64,000 nt of DNA from positions 64,242-128,241 of IMG/VR virus record IMGVR_UViG_2974640449_000001. One strand, 5' to 3'. Shown here one piece after another: positions 9,059 through 16,437 of the stretch. The stretch is from a virus. Lineage: Duplodnaviria > Heunggongvirae > Uroviricota > Caudoviricetes > Demerecviridae. The notes under the pieces are model-generated. The model saw only the letters and a list, made by a program, of their open reading frames with translations, was not told the DNA's origin and made no database searches. The translations under genes were made by a program, and so were the position numbers. Within the stretch, counting starts at the first letter, position 1. Every line of letters begins with the position of its first letter.

Positions 9059-9127
9059 GATTATCTACTTTGAAGAAAACCTCTTCATCAAATTTGAAAG
9101 CATTTGGTACTTAAATTAAAAATTGTC

Positions 9128-9156
9128 TTGCTAAGTGCTTTGAAACTTGATATAAT
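9128..9156 (+). promoter_or_regulatory. early promoter TTGCTA-17-TATAAT with leader
   Basis: cTTGCTAagtgctttgaaacttgaTATAATagttccataaattgataaggaattgaag. Confidence 0.6.
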
Positions 9157-9186
9157 AGTTCCATAAATTGATAAGGAATTGAAGAT

Positions 9187-9342
9187 ATGAAAAAACGTGG
9201 TAAAATTCAAAAGATTGCAATGTTCGCTCTTGGTTACGGCTCTAGTATCCCTATGGCGAGTAAGAAATCTGGTTTAGGTTTACGTCGTACTAAGACTCTA
9301 GCTAAACATATTGCTGAAAACGGTTTTCGTATTCGAGACTAA
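9187..9342 (+). CDS. small basic protein (51 aa); not in the supplied ORF track
   Basis: Promoter 9128-9156 plus leader; RBS GGAATTGAAG; sequence MKKRGKIQKIAMFALGYGSS... Confidence 0.35.
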   Translation: MKKRGKIQKIAMFALGYGSSIPMASKKSGLGLRRTKTLAKHIAENGFRIRD

Positions 9343-9347
9343 ATAAT

Positions 9348-9424
9348 TGCGAGAATGGAGAAATGGCGTCTTGCGAGGTTCATATCCTCGATAACGGGTG
9401 GTTCGAATCCACCGCTCGCATCCA
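9348..9424 (+). tRNA. tRNA-Met/Ile2 (anticodon CAT)
   Basis: Anticodon arm CGAGG-TTCATAT-CCTCG, T arm GGTGG-TTCGAAT-CCACC, 3' CCA encoded. D arm is irregular. Confidence 0.6.
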
Positions 9425-9430
9425 AATTAT

Positions 9431-9507
9431 GCGCGTGTAGCTCAGTTGGTTAGAGCATCTGACTTTTAATCAGGTGGTCGAAGGTTCGAGTCCTTCTACG
9501 CGCACCA
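9431..9507 (+). tRNA. tRNA-Lys (TTT)
   Basis: GCGCGTG acceptor, TAGCTCAGTTGGTTAGAGC D arm, loop CTTTTAA, T arm TTCGAGT, CCA. Confidence 0.8.
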
Positions 9508-9513
9508 TACAAT

Positions 9514-9590
9514 TCTCGGGCAGACCATCTGGTTGAGTCACTACCCTTTCAAGGTAGGATTAGCGGGTTCAATTCCCGTCCCGAGAACCA
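9514..9590 (+). tRNA. tRNA-Glu (TTC)
   Basis: Acceptor TCTCGGG/CCCGAGA, anticodon arm CTACC-CTTTCAA-GGTAG, T arm GCGGG-TTCAATT-CCCGT, CCA. Confidence 0.65.
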
Positions 9591-9596
9591 AATTAC

Positions 9597-9673
9597 GGGG
9601 AATTAGCTCTAATTGGGAGAGCATCTGCTTTGCACGCAGGGGGTTATCGGTTCGAATCCGTTATTCTCCACCA
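9597..9673 (+). tRNA. tRNA-Ala (TGC)
   Basis: GGGGAAT acceptor, loop TTTGCAC, TTCGAAT T loop, CCA. Confidence 0.8.
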
Positions 9674-9679
9674 AATTAT

Positions 9680-9756
9680 AGAGGCTTGGCTGAGTTGGTT
9701 ATAGCGACTCCTTCATGCGGAGTAAGACGGGGGTTCAAGTCCCTCAGCCTCTACCA
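9680..9756 (+). tRNA. tRNA-Met (CAT)
   Basis: Acceptor AGAGGCT/AGCCTCT, anticodon arm ACTCC-TTCATGC-GGAGT, TTCAAGT T loop, CCA. Confidence 0.7.
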
Positions 9757-9764
9757 AGAACAAT

Positions 9765-9854
9765 GGTTGAATGCGACGAATTGGTAAGTCAGCGGATTGT
9801 AAATCCGTAGTCACCGAAAGGGGCATCTAGGTTCAAGTCCTAGTTCAACCACCA
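9765..9854 (+). tRNA. tRNA-Tyr (GTA), type II
   Basis: GGTTGAA acceptor, loop TTGTAAA, long variable arm, T arm CTAGG-TTCAAGT-CCTAG, CCA. Confidence 0.75.
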
Positions 9855-9860
9855 AATTTT

Positions 9861-9936
9861 GGGGAATTAACTCAGTGGTTAGAGTGGCGTCCTGTTAAGT
9901 CGCTGGTCGGTGGTTCGAGTCCACCATTCCCCGCCA
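9861..9936 (+). tRNA. tRNA-Asn (GTT)
   Basis: GGGGAAT acceptor, loop CTGTTAA, T arm GGTGG-TTCGAGT-CCACC, CCA. Confidence 0.8.
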
Positions 9937-9943
9937 AATTAAT

Positions 9944-10021
9944 GCGACTGTGGTCTAGTGGTTTAGGATACCTCCCTGTCACGGAGTGTGGTCGTGGGTT
10001 CAAATCCCATCAGTCGCGCCA
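9944..10021 (+). tRNA. tRNA-Asp (GTC)
   Basis: GCGACTG acceptor, loop CCTGTCA, TTCAAAT T loop, CCA. Confidence 0.8.
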
Positions 10022-10027
10022 AATTAT

Positions 10028-10104
10028 CTCTCCTTAGCTCAGTCTGGTAGAGCGTCCCGTTTGGGGCGGGAAGGTCAAACGTTCGAATCGTTTAGGGGAG
10101 ACCA
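10028..10104 (+). tRNA. tRNA-Pro (TGG)
   Basis: TAGCTCAGTCTGGTAGAGC D arm, loop TTTGGGG, T arm AAACG-TTCGAAT-CGTTT, CCA. Confidence 0.75.
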
Positions 10105-10404
10105 AATGAAGAAACAGTATCCTTGCTCAAATGGATACTCACTGAGGGACGAGCAATCCCAATATGTGCGGGCTGTCTAGCATATGCAGCTTTCGGTTGA
10201 AGCCACATGTTTAGTAATGCGAACCCATTAGCTGAGGCTTGGGAGCTCGCCCCTTACTCGGTTAAGTCCAAGAACCGCTGTGGAATATGTAAAGTCGTGA
10301 TTCCTTCGGGATAGCGCCTTCGGAAGTTATCTTCTGACTGCTAGCAAGTCCATAGCTATAAACCGTGACGAAAGGCAGCTCACGGGGCAGTGCAAAAGAT
10401 AATT
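10105..10404 (+). ncRNA. candidate structured non-coding RNA inside the tRNA block (about 300 nt)
   Basis: No ORF and no cloverleaf. Multiple hairpins: AGTATCC...GGATACT, TTCG tetraloops (gcagctttcggttgaagc, ccttcgggatagcgccttcggaag). Flanked by tRNA-Pro and tRNA-Leu. Confidence 0.35.
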
Positions 10405-10408
10405 TAAT

Positions 10409-10495
10409 GCAGGAGTGGCGTAATTGGTAGCCGCGCTGGATTTAGATTCCAGTGGTCTTAGTACCGTGAGGGTTCAAGTCCCTCCTCCTGTACCA
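10409..10495 (+). tRNA. tRNA-Leu (TAG), type II
   Basis: GCAGGAG acceptor, loop ATTTAGA, long variable arm, T arm GAGGG-TTCAAGT-CCCTC, CCA. Confidence 0.8.
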
Positions 10496-10568
10496 AACAA
10501 TGCGGGAACCAGAGTTAATAATTGCAGTTGTTAAGCAGCGATAGCTAACTCTCCCGCGCCAAATAAAT

Positions 10569-10662
10569 GGAAGGGCAATCCGATGGTTGGCGACGGAACT
10601 GGTCTTGAAAACCAGCGAGTGCTAATAGCGCCTTGAGAGTTCGATCCTCTCTCCTTCCGCCA
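10569..10662 (+). tRNA. tRNA-Ser (TGA), type II
   Basis: GGAAGGG acceptor, loop CTTGAAA, long variable arm, T arm GAGAG-TTCGATC-CTCTC, CCA. Confidence 0.7.
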
Positions 10663-10669
10663 AATTAAT

Positions 10670-10756
10670 GCGTACTGAAGACTGAGCGGTCGGTCACTAG
10701 CCTTCCAAGCTAGCGCCCTTAATCGGGATAGGGTTCGACTCCCTCTGTACGCTCCA
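10670..10756 (+). tRNA. non-canonical type II tRNA-like gene, anticodon TCC (Gly reading) with a long variable arm
   Basis: Perfect anticodon arm CTAGC-CTTCCAA-GCTAG, T arm AGGG-TTCGACT-CCCT, acceptor GCGTACT/TGTACGC with a T-T mismatch, variable arm CCC-ttaatc-GGG, CCA. Confidence 0.5.
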
Positions 10757-10774
10757 AATTACTTAAAAATGGAA

Positions 10775-10803
10775 TTGCTTAAAACGTTAAATCAACGTAT
10801 AAT
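10775..10803 (+). promoter_or_regulatory. early promoter (TTGCTT-17-TATAAT) with conserved leader fused directly to tRNA-Thr
   Basis: ggaaTTGCTTaaaacgttaaatcaacgTATAATagttccataaagttgagaaac. Confidence 0.6.
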
Positions 10804-10827
10804 AGTTCCATAAAGTTGAGAAACAAA

Positions 10828-10903
10828 GCTTCTTTAGCTCAGTTGGGAGAGCAGCTCACTTGTAATGAGCAGGTCGTCCGTTCGAATCGGACAAGGAGCA
10901 CCA
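10828..10903 (+). tRNA. tRNA-Thr (TGT)
   Basis: GCTTCTT acceptor, loop CTTGTAA, T arm GTCCG-TTCGAAT-CGGAC, CCA. Confidence 0.8.
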
Positions 10904-10922
10904 CTTTACTACGGAGAAGATT

Positions 10923-11105
10923 ATGATTTATTTCAAAAATAAAGCAGGAAAACTTGGTGTAGTATCTTTCGATGATGCAGAATACGAACTCCAAGCCGTA
11001 CAAAACCCAAAAGAGTTACACAAAGATGTAACCGTAGCTGTAAGAGGACTTCCTAAAGACTGTCTTCCGGCAGAAAAGACTGCGTTCTTAACTGTAGTCA
11101 AATAA
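10923..11105 (+). CDS. hypothetical protein (60 aa)
   Basis: RBS GGAGAAGATTATG; lies between two tRNAs. Confidence 0.4.
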   Translation: MIYFKNKAGKLGVVSFDDAEYELQAVQNPKELHKDVTVAVRGLPKDCLPAEKTAFLTVVK

Positions 11106-11112
11106 GAATAAT

Positions 11113-11189
11113 AGGGGATTAGCTTAGCTGGCCGAAAGCAACGGACTTTGAATTCGTGACCGCAGGTTCGAATCCTGCATCCCCCGCCA
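11113..11189 (+). tRNA. tRNA-Gln (TTG)
   Basis: D arm GCTT-AGCTGGCCGA-AAGC, anticodon arm ACGGA-CTTTGAA-TTCGT, T arm GCAGG-TTCGAAT-CCTGC, CCA. Position 1-72 is an A-C mismatch. Confidence 0.7.
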
Positions 11190-11498
11190 TCTTTTGGGTA
11201 CTAAGCGTAACATATAACTATGTAGTGAAAGTAGCTTGTTACAATCCTAGGTGAATGCGCTAATACACTCTAGACCCAAATACAATACGGAGAGTCACTA
11301 CCGTACTAATCAAAAGTGTGAGCTTGAAAATTACTCTATTGTGAACGTGCTATGCTTCATCGGAAGCCTCTAACGACGGATGTACTTACCGCTGCATTTG
11401 CAAGTAACCAGTTTCATTGTATCATAAAGCCTCCAAGTAGTGGTTATGACCGAGAATAAGCCTAATAACGAGGTCGGGTATAGAGGATAAAATATTTC
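11190..11498 (+). ncRNA. candidate non-coding / structured RNA region in the tRNA block (about 300 nt, no ORF, no tRNA)
   Basis: ORF-free; sits between tRNA-Gln and tRNA-Val. Confidence 0.25.
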
Positions 11499-11574
11499 AC
11501 TCCCTTAGCTCAGTGTGTAGAGCACCTCCCTTACAAGGAGGGGGTCGTTGGTTCGAATCCAGCAGGGAGTACCA
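11499..11574 (+). tRNA. tRNA-Val (TAC)
   Basis: TAGCTCAGTGTGTAGAGC D arm, anticodon arm CCTCC-CTTACAA-GGAGG, TTCGAAT T loop, CCA. Confidence 0.75.
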
Positions 11575-11745
11575 TTTCATTTGCATTCTCATGTTATATA
11601 ACGTCTCAGGTCGTGCTGAGGTTATAGAAGCACCCTATACAGAGTAGTGACTGTGGGGAAGAGCTGTGTGCGGACAACACTAGGAAGCATGGGGTTTGAT
11701 AGAGAGTGTCATTGAAATGGTAACACAATAACAAAGGATGAAGAT

Positions 11746-12153
11746 ATGCAACTCGATGAAATGCAAGCTAAATTGTTAGAAGTACGTAAGGCTCGTAACG
11801 CCGTAGGTAAATCTGTTATGCAGTCTCTTATCGCAGACTTCGACAAGCAGGCTCGTACTGGTAAAGAAGTTGACGGTATGGCTCTTATCAAGAAATACTT
11901 AGCTAATGCTAATAGCAACTATGACCTAGAAGTACAGCGAGGCAACACTGCAAAAGCCGAAGAAACATATGGTAAAGAAATTGAGTTCCTAGAATCTCTA
12001 CTACCAAAGCAGCTAACCCAAGCAGAGCTTCGTAACATTATCGAAACTGGTAACTTTGCCAATATCGGTGAAGTAATGAAATTCTTACGCTTCAATTACC
12101 AAGGTCGTTATGACGGTAAAGCAGCGTCAGCTATTGCTAAGGAAGTTCTATGA
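11746..12153 (+). CDS. GatB/YqeY-domain protein
   Basis: 135 aa with the YqeY-like layout (LLEVRKARN...EFLESLLPKQLTQAELRNIIE...GEVMKFL...GRYDGKAASAIAKEVL), embedded among tRNA genes. Confidence 0.55.
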   Translation: MQLDEMQAKLLEVRKARNAVGKSVMQSLIADFDKQARTGKEVDGMALIKKYLANANSNYDLEVQRGNTAKAEETYGKEIEFLESLLPKQLTQAELRNIIETGNFANIGEVMKFLRFNYQGRYDGKAASAIAKEVL

Positions 12154-12380
12154 ACGAAGTAGAATTAAAAGTACGACAAGACCTTATCGACTCGGAGCTT
12201 AAATCTATCTCTGACAGCACAAAGGTACTGATGAGTCGTAAGAGAAAGCTAGAAAGTGAAAAAGCACGGTTGCAGGCAATCCAACAAACAGCGTGTGACC
12301 ACCCACGAGAAGCACGCGATTTCGTTATGGTTAATAATGAACCCGAATACTTCTGTACATTGTGTGGTAAAGATTTTTAA
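12150..12380 (+). CDS. hypothetical protein with C-terminal CxxC...CxxC zinc ribbon
   Basis: 76 aa; ACDHP...CTLCGK. Confidence 0.45.
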   Translation: MNEVELKVRQDLIDSELKSISDSTKVLMSRKRKLESEKARLQAIQQTACDHPREARDFVMVNNEPEYFCTLCGKDF

Positions 12381-12388
12381 TTAACAAT

Positions 12389-12464
12389 ATTGGGTAGCAT
12401 AATGGTATGCGGCAGGTCTCCAAAACCTTGCATGGAGAGGGTTCGATTCCCTCACCCTTTGCCA
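12389..12464 (+). tRNA. putative tRNA-Trp (CCA), atypical
   Basis: D arm GCAT-AATGGT-ATGC, anticodon loop CTCCAAA, T arm GAGGG-TTCGATT-CCCTC, CCA. Acceptor ATTGGGT/ACCCTTT has two T-T mismatches and the anticodon stem has a bulge. Confidence 0.45.
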
Positions 12465-12480
12465 AAAATAAAGAGGAAAT

Positions 12481-12768
12481 ATGGACGCAGCTAAAAGAAA
12501 ACGCGAAAGAGAAAAGCGTGATCTGGGCATGGCTCCATCTACTGCCAGAGATAGGCTAATGAAAAAGTTAGTATTCTCTCATATACAGTCCAGAGGTATA
12601 GTATGCCACCACTGTGGTAAAGAAATGACAGTAGACACTTTCTCCATAGAGCATATTAAGCCTTGGAGAGGTGAACCGAATGCAGCAGAACTGTACTTCG
12701 ACCTAGATAATGTAACATATAGTCATCGTTCTTGTAACTACAAATTTACCAGACAAAATGGCTACTAA
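12481..12768 (+). CDS. HNH endonuclease
   Basis: CHHCGK...EHIKPW...N...HRSCN: the HNH C..C / EH / N / H..C motif set. Confidence 0.7.
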   Translation: MDAAKRKREREKRDLGMAPSTARDRLMKKLVFSHIQSRGIVCHHCGKEMTVDTFSIEHIKPWRGEPNAAELYFDLDNVTYSHRSCNYKFTRQNGY

Positions 12769-12774
12769 AACAAT

Positions 12775-12850
12775 ACTTCCGTAGCTCAGTTGGTAGAGCG
12801 TTCGACCGATAATCGAAGGGTCACTGGTTCAAGTCCAGTCGGGAGTACCA
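12775..12850 (+). tRNA. tRNA-Ile (GAT)
   Basis: TAGCTCAGTTGGTAGAGC D arm, anticodon arm TTCGA-CCGATAA-TCGAA, T arm ACTGG-TTCAAGT-CCAGT, CCA. Confidence 0.75.
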
Positions 12851-12868
12851 ATTTAAATAAGGGCTAGT

Positions 12869-13039
12869 ATGAAACTATCAATGATTTCACCTCATACCGA
12901 GATTAGAGTACATCGCTACTCTAAGCAGCAAGGAGAGTTGCGCAATAAGCTCAAAAAGTGGAAGAAACAAGGAAAAGTAATACTAGTCAAAACGACAGCG
13001 ACAGAGTTCATCTACAAAAAATACTGTCGCTGGTTATAG
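12869..13039 (+). CDS. small basic protein (56 aa); not in ORF track
   Basis: RBS AAGGGCTAGTATG; MKLSMISPHTEIRVHRYSKQQGELRNKLKKWKKQGKV... Confidence 0.3.
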   Translation: MKLSMISPHTEIRVHRYSKQQGELRNKLKKWKKQGKVILVKTTATEFIYKKYCRWL

Positions 13040-13114
13040 TCCCTTTAGCTCAGTGGTTAGAGCGTCCGGCTCATAACCGGAGGGTCACTGGTTCAAGTCC
13101 AGTAAGGGGCACCA
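13039..13114 (+). tRNA. tRNA-Met (CAT), third CAT tRNA
   Basis: TAGCTCAGTGGTTAGAGC D arm, anticodon arm CCGGC-TCATAAC-region with CAT, T arm ACTGG-TTCAAGT-CCAGT, CCA. Confidence 0.7.
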
Positions 13115-13243
13115 TATTGCAATAGCACAACCCCGTGCTTGGGCGGTGTTCACTCAAGAATCGTAGTCAGTGAACTAAGTAATAAAAACTAGGGGATCGT
13201 AGCATCCGCCCACCAATTATTATAATTATCATGGAGATACTAT

Positions 13244-13420
13244 ATGAAAACAGCTAATCTACTAAAGTTCGCAGCAGAAAAACCATTCGTAGTTAACCGC
13301 CACAAGCGTTCTCAAGAAAAACTACGCTCTCAATGCCAACGTCTTGTTAAATCAGGTCGTCTAGTAGAAGTTGAAAAGACACATGACCAAGTCATGTATC
13401 GTACTCCAGTAACAGAATAA
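13244..13420 (+). CDS. small basic protein (58 aa); not in ORF track
   Basis: RBS ATGGAGATAC; MKTANLLKFAAEKPFVVNRHKRSQEKLRSQCQRLVKSGRLVEV... Confidence 0.3.
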   Translation: MKTANLLKFAAEKPFVVNRHKRSQEKLRSQCQRLVKSGRLVEVEKTHDQVMYRTPVTE

Positions 13421-13421
13421 A

Positions 13422-13497
13422 GCGGGAATAGCTCAGCAGGTAGAGCACTTGGTTGAAGACCTTGGTGTCGCTGGTTCAACTCCAGCTTCCCGCACCA
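13422..13497 (+). tRNA. tRNA-Phe (GAA), weak anticodon stem
   Basis: GCGGGAA/TTCCCGC acceptor, TAGCTCAGCAGGTAGAGC D arm, loop TTGAAGA, T arm GCTGG-TTCAACT-CCAGC, CCA. Confidence 0.65.
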
Positions 13498-13505
13498 CTA
13501 ACAAT

Positions 13506-13583
13506 ACACGACTAGCTCAATTGGATAGTAGCAGCACCCTACGAAGGTGAAGGTTCGGGGTTCGAGTCCCTGGTCGTGTGCCA
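13506..13583 (+). tRNA. tRNA-Arg (ACG)
   Basis: ACACGAC/GTCGTGT acceptor, TAGCTCAATTGGATAG D arm, loop CTACGAA, TTCGAGT T loop, CCA. Confidence 0.7.
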
Positions 13584-13603
13584 ATTTAAAGAGAGAAGAT
13601 ATT

Positions 13604-13888
13604 ATGGCAATCCCCTCAGCAAAAGAATTAACTCAACGTATTGCACTAGATAATGCAGGTAAAGCTCTAGAAGCTGAAAAGGCTCTAGAAGTGGCGTTTA
13701 AGCGAGTAGAATCTATTCCTAGAAATGGAGTCTTCGATATAAGCGTTGGATTAGGTAGTACACATAAAGCTGTTATGGAAGAGCTTTTGCGTAAAGCTGG
13801 ATACCACTTAATATCTATTCACTTCTCTACGTGGCGTAACGAACCTTCAGCACAGATTCGTTTACAAATACCACCACAAGCAGAATAA
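13604..13888 (+). CDS. hypothetical protein (94 aa)
   Basis: Track ORF 13547 overlaps tRNA-Arg. Start moved to ATG 13604 behind RBS AGAGAGAAGAT. Confidence 0.45.
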   Translation: MAIPSAKELTQRIALDNAGKALEAEKALEVAFKRVESIPRNGVFDISVGLGSTHKAVMEELLRKAGYHLISIHFSTWRNEPSAQIRLQIPPQAE

Positions 13889-13890
13889 TT

Positions 13891-13980
13891 GGAGAGATGC
13901 CCGAACTGGTTAAGGGAGCTCCCTGCTAAGGAGTCGGCTGCTAACACGGTCTGTGGGTTCAACTCCCACTCTCTCCGCCA
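13891..13980 (+). tRNA. tRNA-Ser (GCT), type II
   Basis: GGAGAGA/TCTCTCC acceptor, loop CTGCTAA, long variable arm, T arm GTGGG-TTCAACT-CCCAC, CCA. Confidence 0.8.
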
Positions 13981-14109
13981 ATTAATATCCTAGTAACCGC
14001 TAGGGAGTCCACGAGAACTCATAAGGATGCTCGAAGATGCTTTATTATTATAACGATTTTTCTCGAATAGAAACTGTAACTCCTGTTACGGTCACACTAG
14101 GAGAGAAAC

Positions 14110-14313
14110 ATGGATCGAAGACATAAACTAAGAGTAAACTGGCATCGACGTCTTAAAGACGATGAAATTGCAATTGAGAATGGTTTTACCACACGCTTGT
14201 TCAAGCAAACCGAAGTCTATATGTACGACTTATCTTGGTGGGATTACCCACGCAGAACACTTGAGCGTAGTTGGAAAAACCAATCTAAAAAACGTAAACA
14301 ATGGGAACGCTAG
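14110..14313 (+). CDS. hypothetical protein (67 aa, basic)
   Basis: RBS GGAGAGAAACATG. Confidence 0.35.
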   Translation: MDRRHKLRVNWHRRLKDDEIAIENGFTTRLFKQTEVYMYDLSWWDYPRRTLERSWKNQSKKRKQWER

Positions 14314-14341
14314 ACGTTCCCATTTATTTTGAGGAAAAATT

Positions 14342-14722
14342 ATGAGATGGTTTTTTAATAAAGAAAAAACAGAACAAAAAGAAGAGCCTAACGTACCCAT
14401 GCTTGAAAAATATGCTACATCTCTTCCAAGGAAAGAAGACTTATCAGCATACCAGGAGGAGCTCTATCAATACTTCAAAAAAGTAGTAGATACTACTCTG
14501 AGGGAGGCGATAAATAATCACATTAAACCTAAGGATACCTTTCCTTTAAGTATACCAAGGGATAGCTTAAACGTACCTACTGAGGTGTTTAGTTACGTTA
14601 TTCCTAGGCTTCTAAAAGAGAAGGGGTATTCAGTTACACGCTATAGCGAGACAATTACTTTTCCACATGGCGTGTGCCACGAGTACCTACTATTATTAAA
14701 TGAAACAACTTCTCAGGAGTAA
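14342..14722 (+). CDS. hypothetical protein
   Basis: 126-aa ORF, RBS GAGGAAAAATTATG. Confidence 0.45.
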   Translation: MRWFFNKEKTEQKEEPNVPMLEKYATSLPRKEDLSAYQEELYQYFKKVVDTTLREAINNHIKPKDTFPLSIPRDSLNVPTEVFSYVIPRLLKEKGYSVTRYSETITFPHGVCHEYLLLLNETTSQE

Positions 14723-14724
14723 AT

Positions 14725-15273
14725 ATGAAACATCAAATCTATCTAGCAGGTGACATGCTAAACCGTGGTGCTCAACTTCAACGAGCAGAAGAAAAACGTG
14801 ACTTACTTAATCTAGGTTATGACTTATACGTGCCTCAAGATAATAAAGAGATTAATGATAAAGAAAATCTCAACTCGAATGATGGTCTAGCAGAAAAAAT
14901 TGTTCGTGCAGATACTAATGGCATTATGCAGTCTGACATAGTGGTTATGGAAGCCCGTGAAGCAGCATTGGGTACTTGTATTGAACTTGGTCAGATTAAA
15001 GGTATGAAAGACGTCGCTAAAACAGTCTTGTCTATGCTAGAGTCTGGTTGCTCTCTTAAAGAAGTAATTCATAATATGGAGCAAATTCGTGATAAGCTTG
15101 TTCTAGTTCACAACTCAGATATTCGCCGAGCAGGTAATCCTACCGAAACAGGCGATCGTCGCTCTTATGCTCCTCACCAGTACATGTATGGCGTAGTGCT
15201 TGATGTTACTAACGGGCACGGCTACTATGATTGGGGTGAAATTACATACATTCTAGATAAGGACAACGCATAA
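14725..15273 (+). CDS. nucleoside 2-deoxyribosyltransferase-like protein (Ndt/DNPH1 family)
   Basis: N-terminal MKHQIYLAGDML motif typical of the family; 182 aa. Confidence 0.45.
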   Translation: MKHQIYLAGDMLNRGAQLQRAEEKRDLLNLGYDLYVPQDNKEINDKENLNSNDGLAEKIVRADTNGIMQSDIVVMEAREAALGTCIELGQIKGMKDVAKTVLSMLESGCSLKEVIHNMEQIRDKLVLVHNSDIRRAGNPTETGDRRSYAPHQYMYGVVLDVTNGHGYYDWGEITYILDKDNA

Positions 15274-15899
15274 TGTTAGAGAAGATTTGGTCAGCATTAG
15301 CAGTCCTATTAGTAATGGCTGCTTGTCTTATTTCGGGGGCGGATTTATTCGTATCTGCCTTATCTTTAGTGGGTATTCTATTTGTACTTGGAGTTTCCTT
15401 CAAGCACCCTGAATCCCAATTGCTAGGAGCAGTCTTCTGTGCATTCCTAGCATTTGCCTCCTTTGGGGCTGGCTTTTACGCTAATGCCTTAGTTAATGGA
15501 GCTTTTTTACTTCCTGCATCTATATTTGGTTACTTTTATTGGAAACGCCGAACGGGCGCAGGGAATCTTGAGCGGAGTCTCACTTCAGAACAGTTTGGAA
15601 AAGTGGCAGCCATTATTGCGGTTGCAACTATCATAACGTTCTACTTTACTATAGGAGCTGGCGGAGCACTTCCTTTTATGGATGCACTGACTGCGGTAAT
15701 GCCAGTGGCAGCCACCCTATTAATGATTGGAGCTTATCGTGACCAATGGCTATTATGGATACCTTTCAATGCAATCCAAGCCTTTATGTGGTTCTCGGCA
15801 GCCTCTTTACAACCCGCAGTATTAGCTGTGTTTGTATTAAAAATGGTCTTTCTAGTCAACTCAGTGATTGGATACTATCAATGGAGAAAGGGGGCGTAA
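15273..15899 (+). CDS. multi-pass membrane protein, PnuC-like nicotinamide riboside/NMN transporter candidate
   Basis: 208 aa, about 6-7 hydrophobic helices with Trp-rich segments (FGYFYWKRR, WLLWIPFNAIQAFMWF). Confidence 0.45.
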   Translation: MLEKIWSALAVLLVMAACLISGADLFVSALSLVGILFVLGVSFKHPESQLLGAVFCAFLAFASFGAGFYANALVNGAFLLPASIFGYFYWKRRTGAGNLERSLTSEQFGKVAAIIAVATIITFYFTIGAGGALPFMDALTAVMPVAATLLMIGAYRDQWLLWIPFNAIQAFMWFSAASLQPAVLAVFVLKMVFLVNSVIGYYQWRKGA

Positions 15900-15921
15900 G
15901 CCTCCTTCTTAAAAGTTTTAT

Positions 15922-15950
15922 TTGCTAAACTCTCTTATTTAACGTATAAT
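15922..15950 (+). promoter_or_regulatory. early promoter TTGCTA-17-TATAAT
   Basis: tTTGCTAaactctcttatttaacgTATAATtattacataaatt. Confidence 0.55.
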
Positions 15951-15981
15951 TATTACATAAATTAATGAGAGAGGTTATCAA

Positions 15982-16242
15982 ATGATTGACACTTGGGAAT
16001 GGGCAGAAGTTGCCGCACATATTTTAGGTCTTCCAGAAGAAACTGATGAAGAAGTAGTTGAACGAGAACTCCTCCAAGAGTTCGGTCTAGACTTGGAATG
16101 TTTTGGCAACATTGCCGATAAGCTCCTTGGCATGACCGTGCCTGTTGAAACAGCTCTAGGTGGCTCTATTGTACAAGCATTTGTTAAATTCGAAGACACC
16201 CATGTAAGAGCACTAGCTAAGAAGGATTTCAAACGTGATTAA
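15982..16242 (+). CDS. hypothetical acidic protein (86 aa)
   Basis: ORF behind promoter 15922. Confidence 0.45.
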   Translation: MIDTWEWAEVAAHILGLPEETDEEVVERELLQEFGLDLECFGNIADKLLGMTVPVETALGGSIVQAFVKFEDTHVRALAKKDFKRD

Positions 16243-16382
16243 ACTATCTTTACAACAAGCAGAAACTATGCTAGCTCTTCTTAATGACATTGAAGAAGAG
16301 AAAGGCAATCTACTTCCCCAAGAAGAAGAATTACAAGCCTATCTTGACGCAGCAATTGATGCTGAAAAAGATAAAAACTGAA

Positions 16383-16411
16383 TTGCTAAACTGCTTTAAA
16401 GTCTGTATAAT
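16383..16411 (+). promoter_or_regulatory. early promoter TTGCTA-17-TATAAT with leader, upstream of tRNA-Cys/His
   Basis: aaTTGCTAaactgctttaaagtctgTATAATagttccataaagttga. Confidence 0.6.
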
Positions 16412-16437
16412 AGTTCCATAAAGTTGATTAAACAAAT

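Noticed and set aside
9533-10180. Track ORFs 9533..9787 (84 aa) and 9986..10180 (64 aa)
   Set aside because: They run straight through tRNA-Glu/Ala/Met/Tyr and tRNA-Asp/Pro respectively; these are artefactual ORFs.
10105-10404. Group I intron or intron-containing tRNA in the 300-nt gap of the tRNA block
   Set aside because: I could not identify split tRNA halves flanking it or P/Q/R/S-type conserved cores by eye. Left as a generic structured-RNA candidate.
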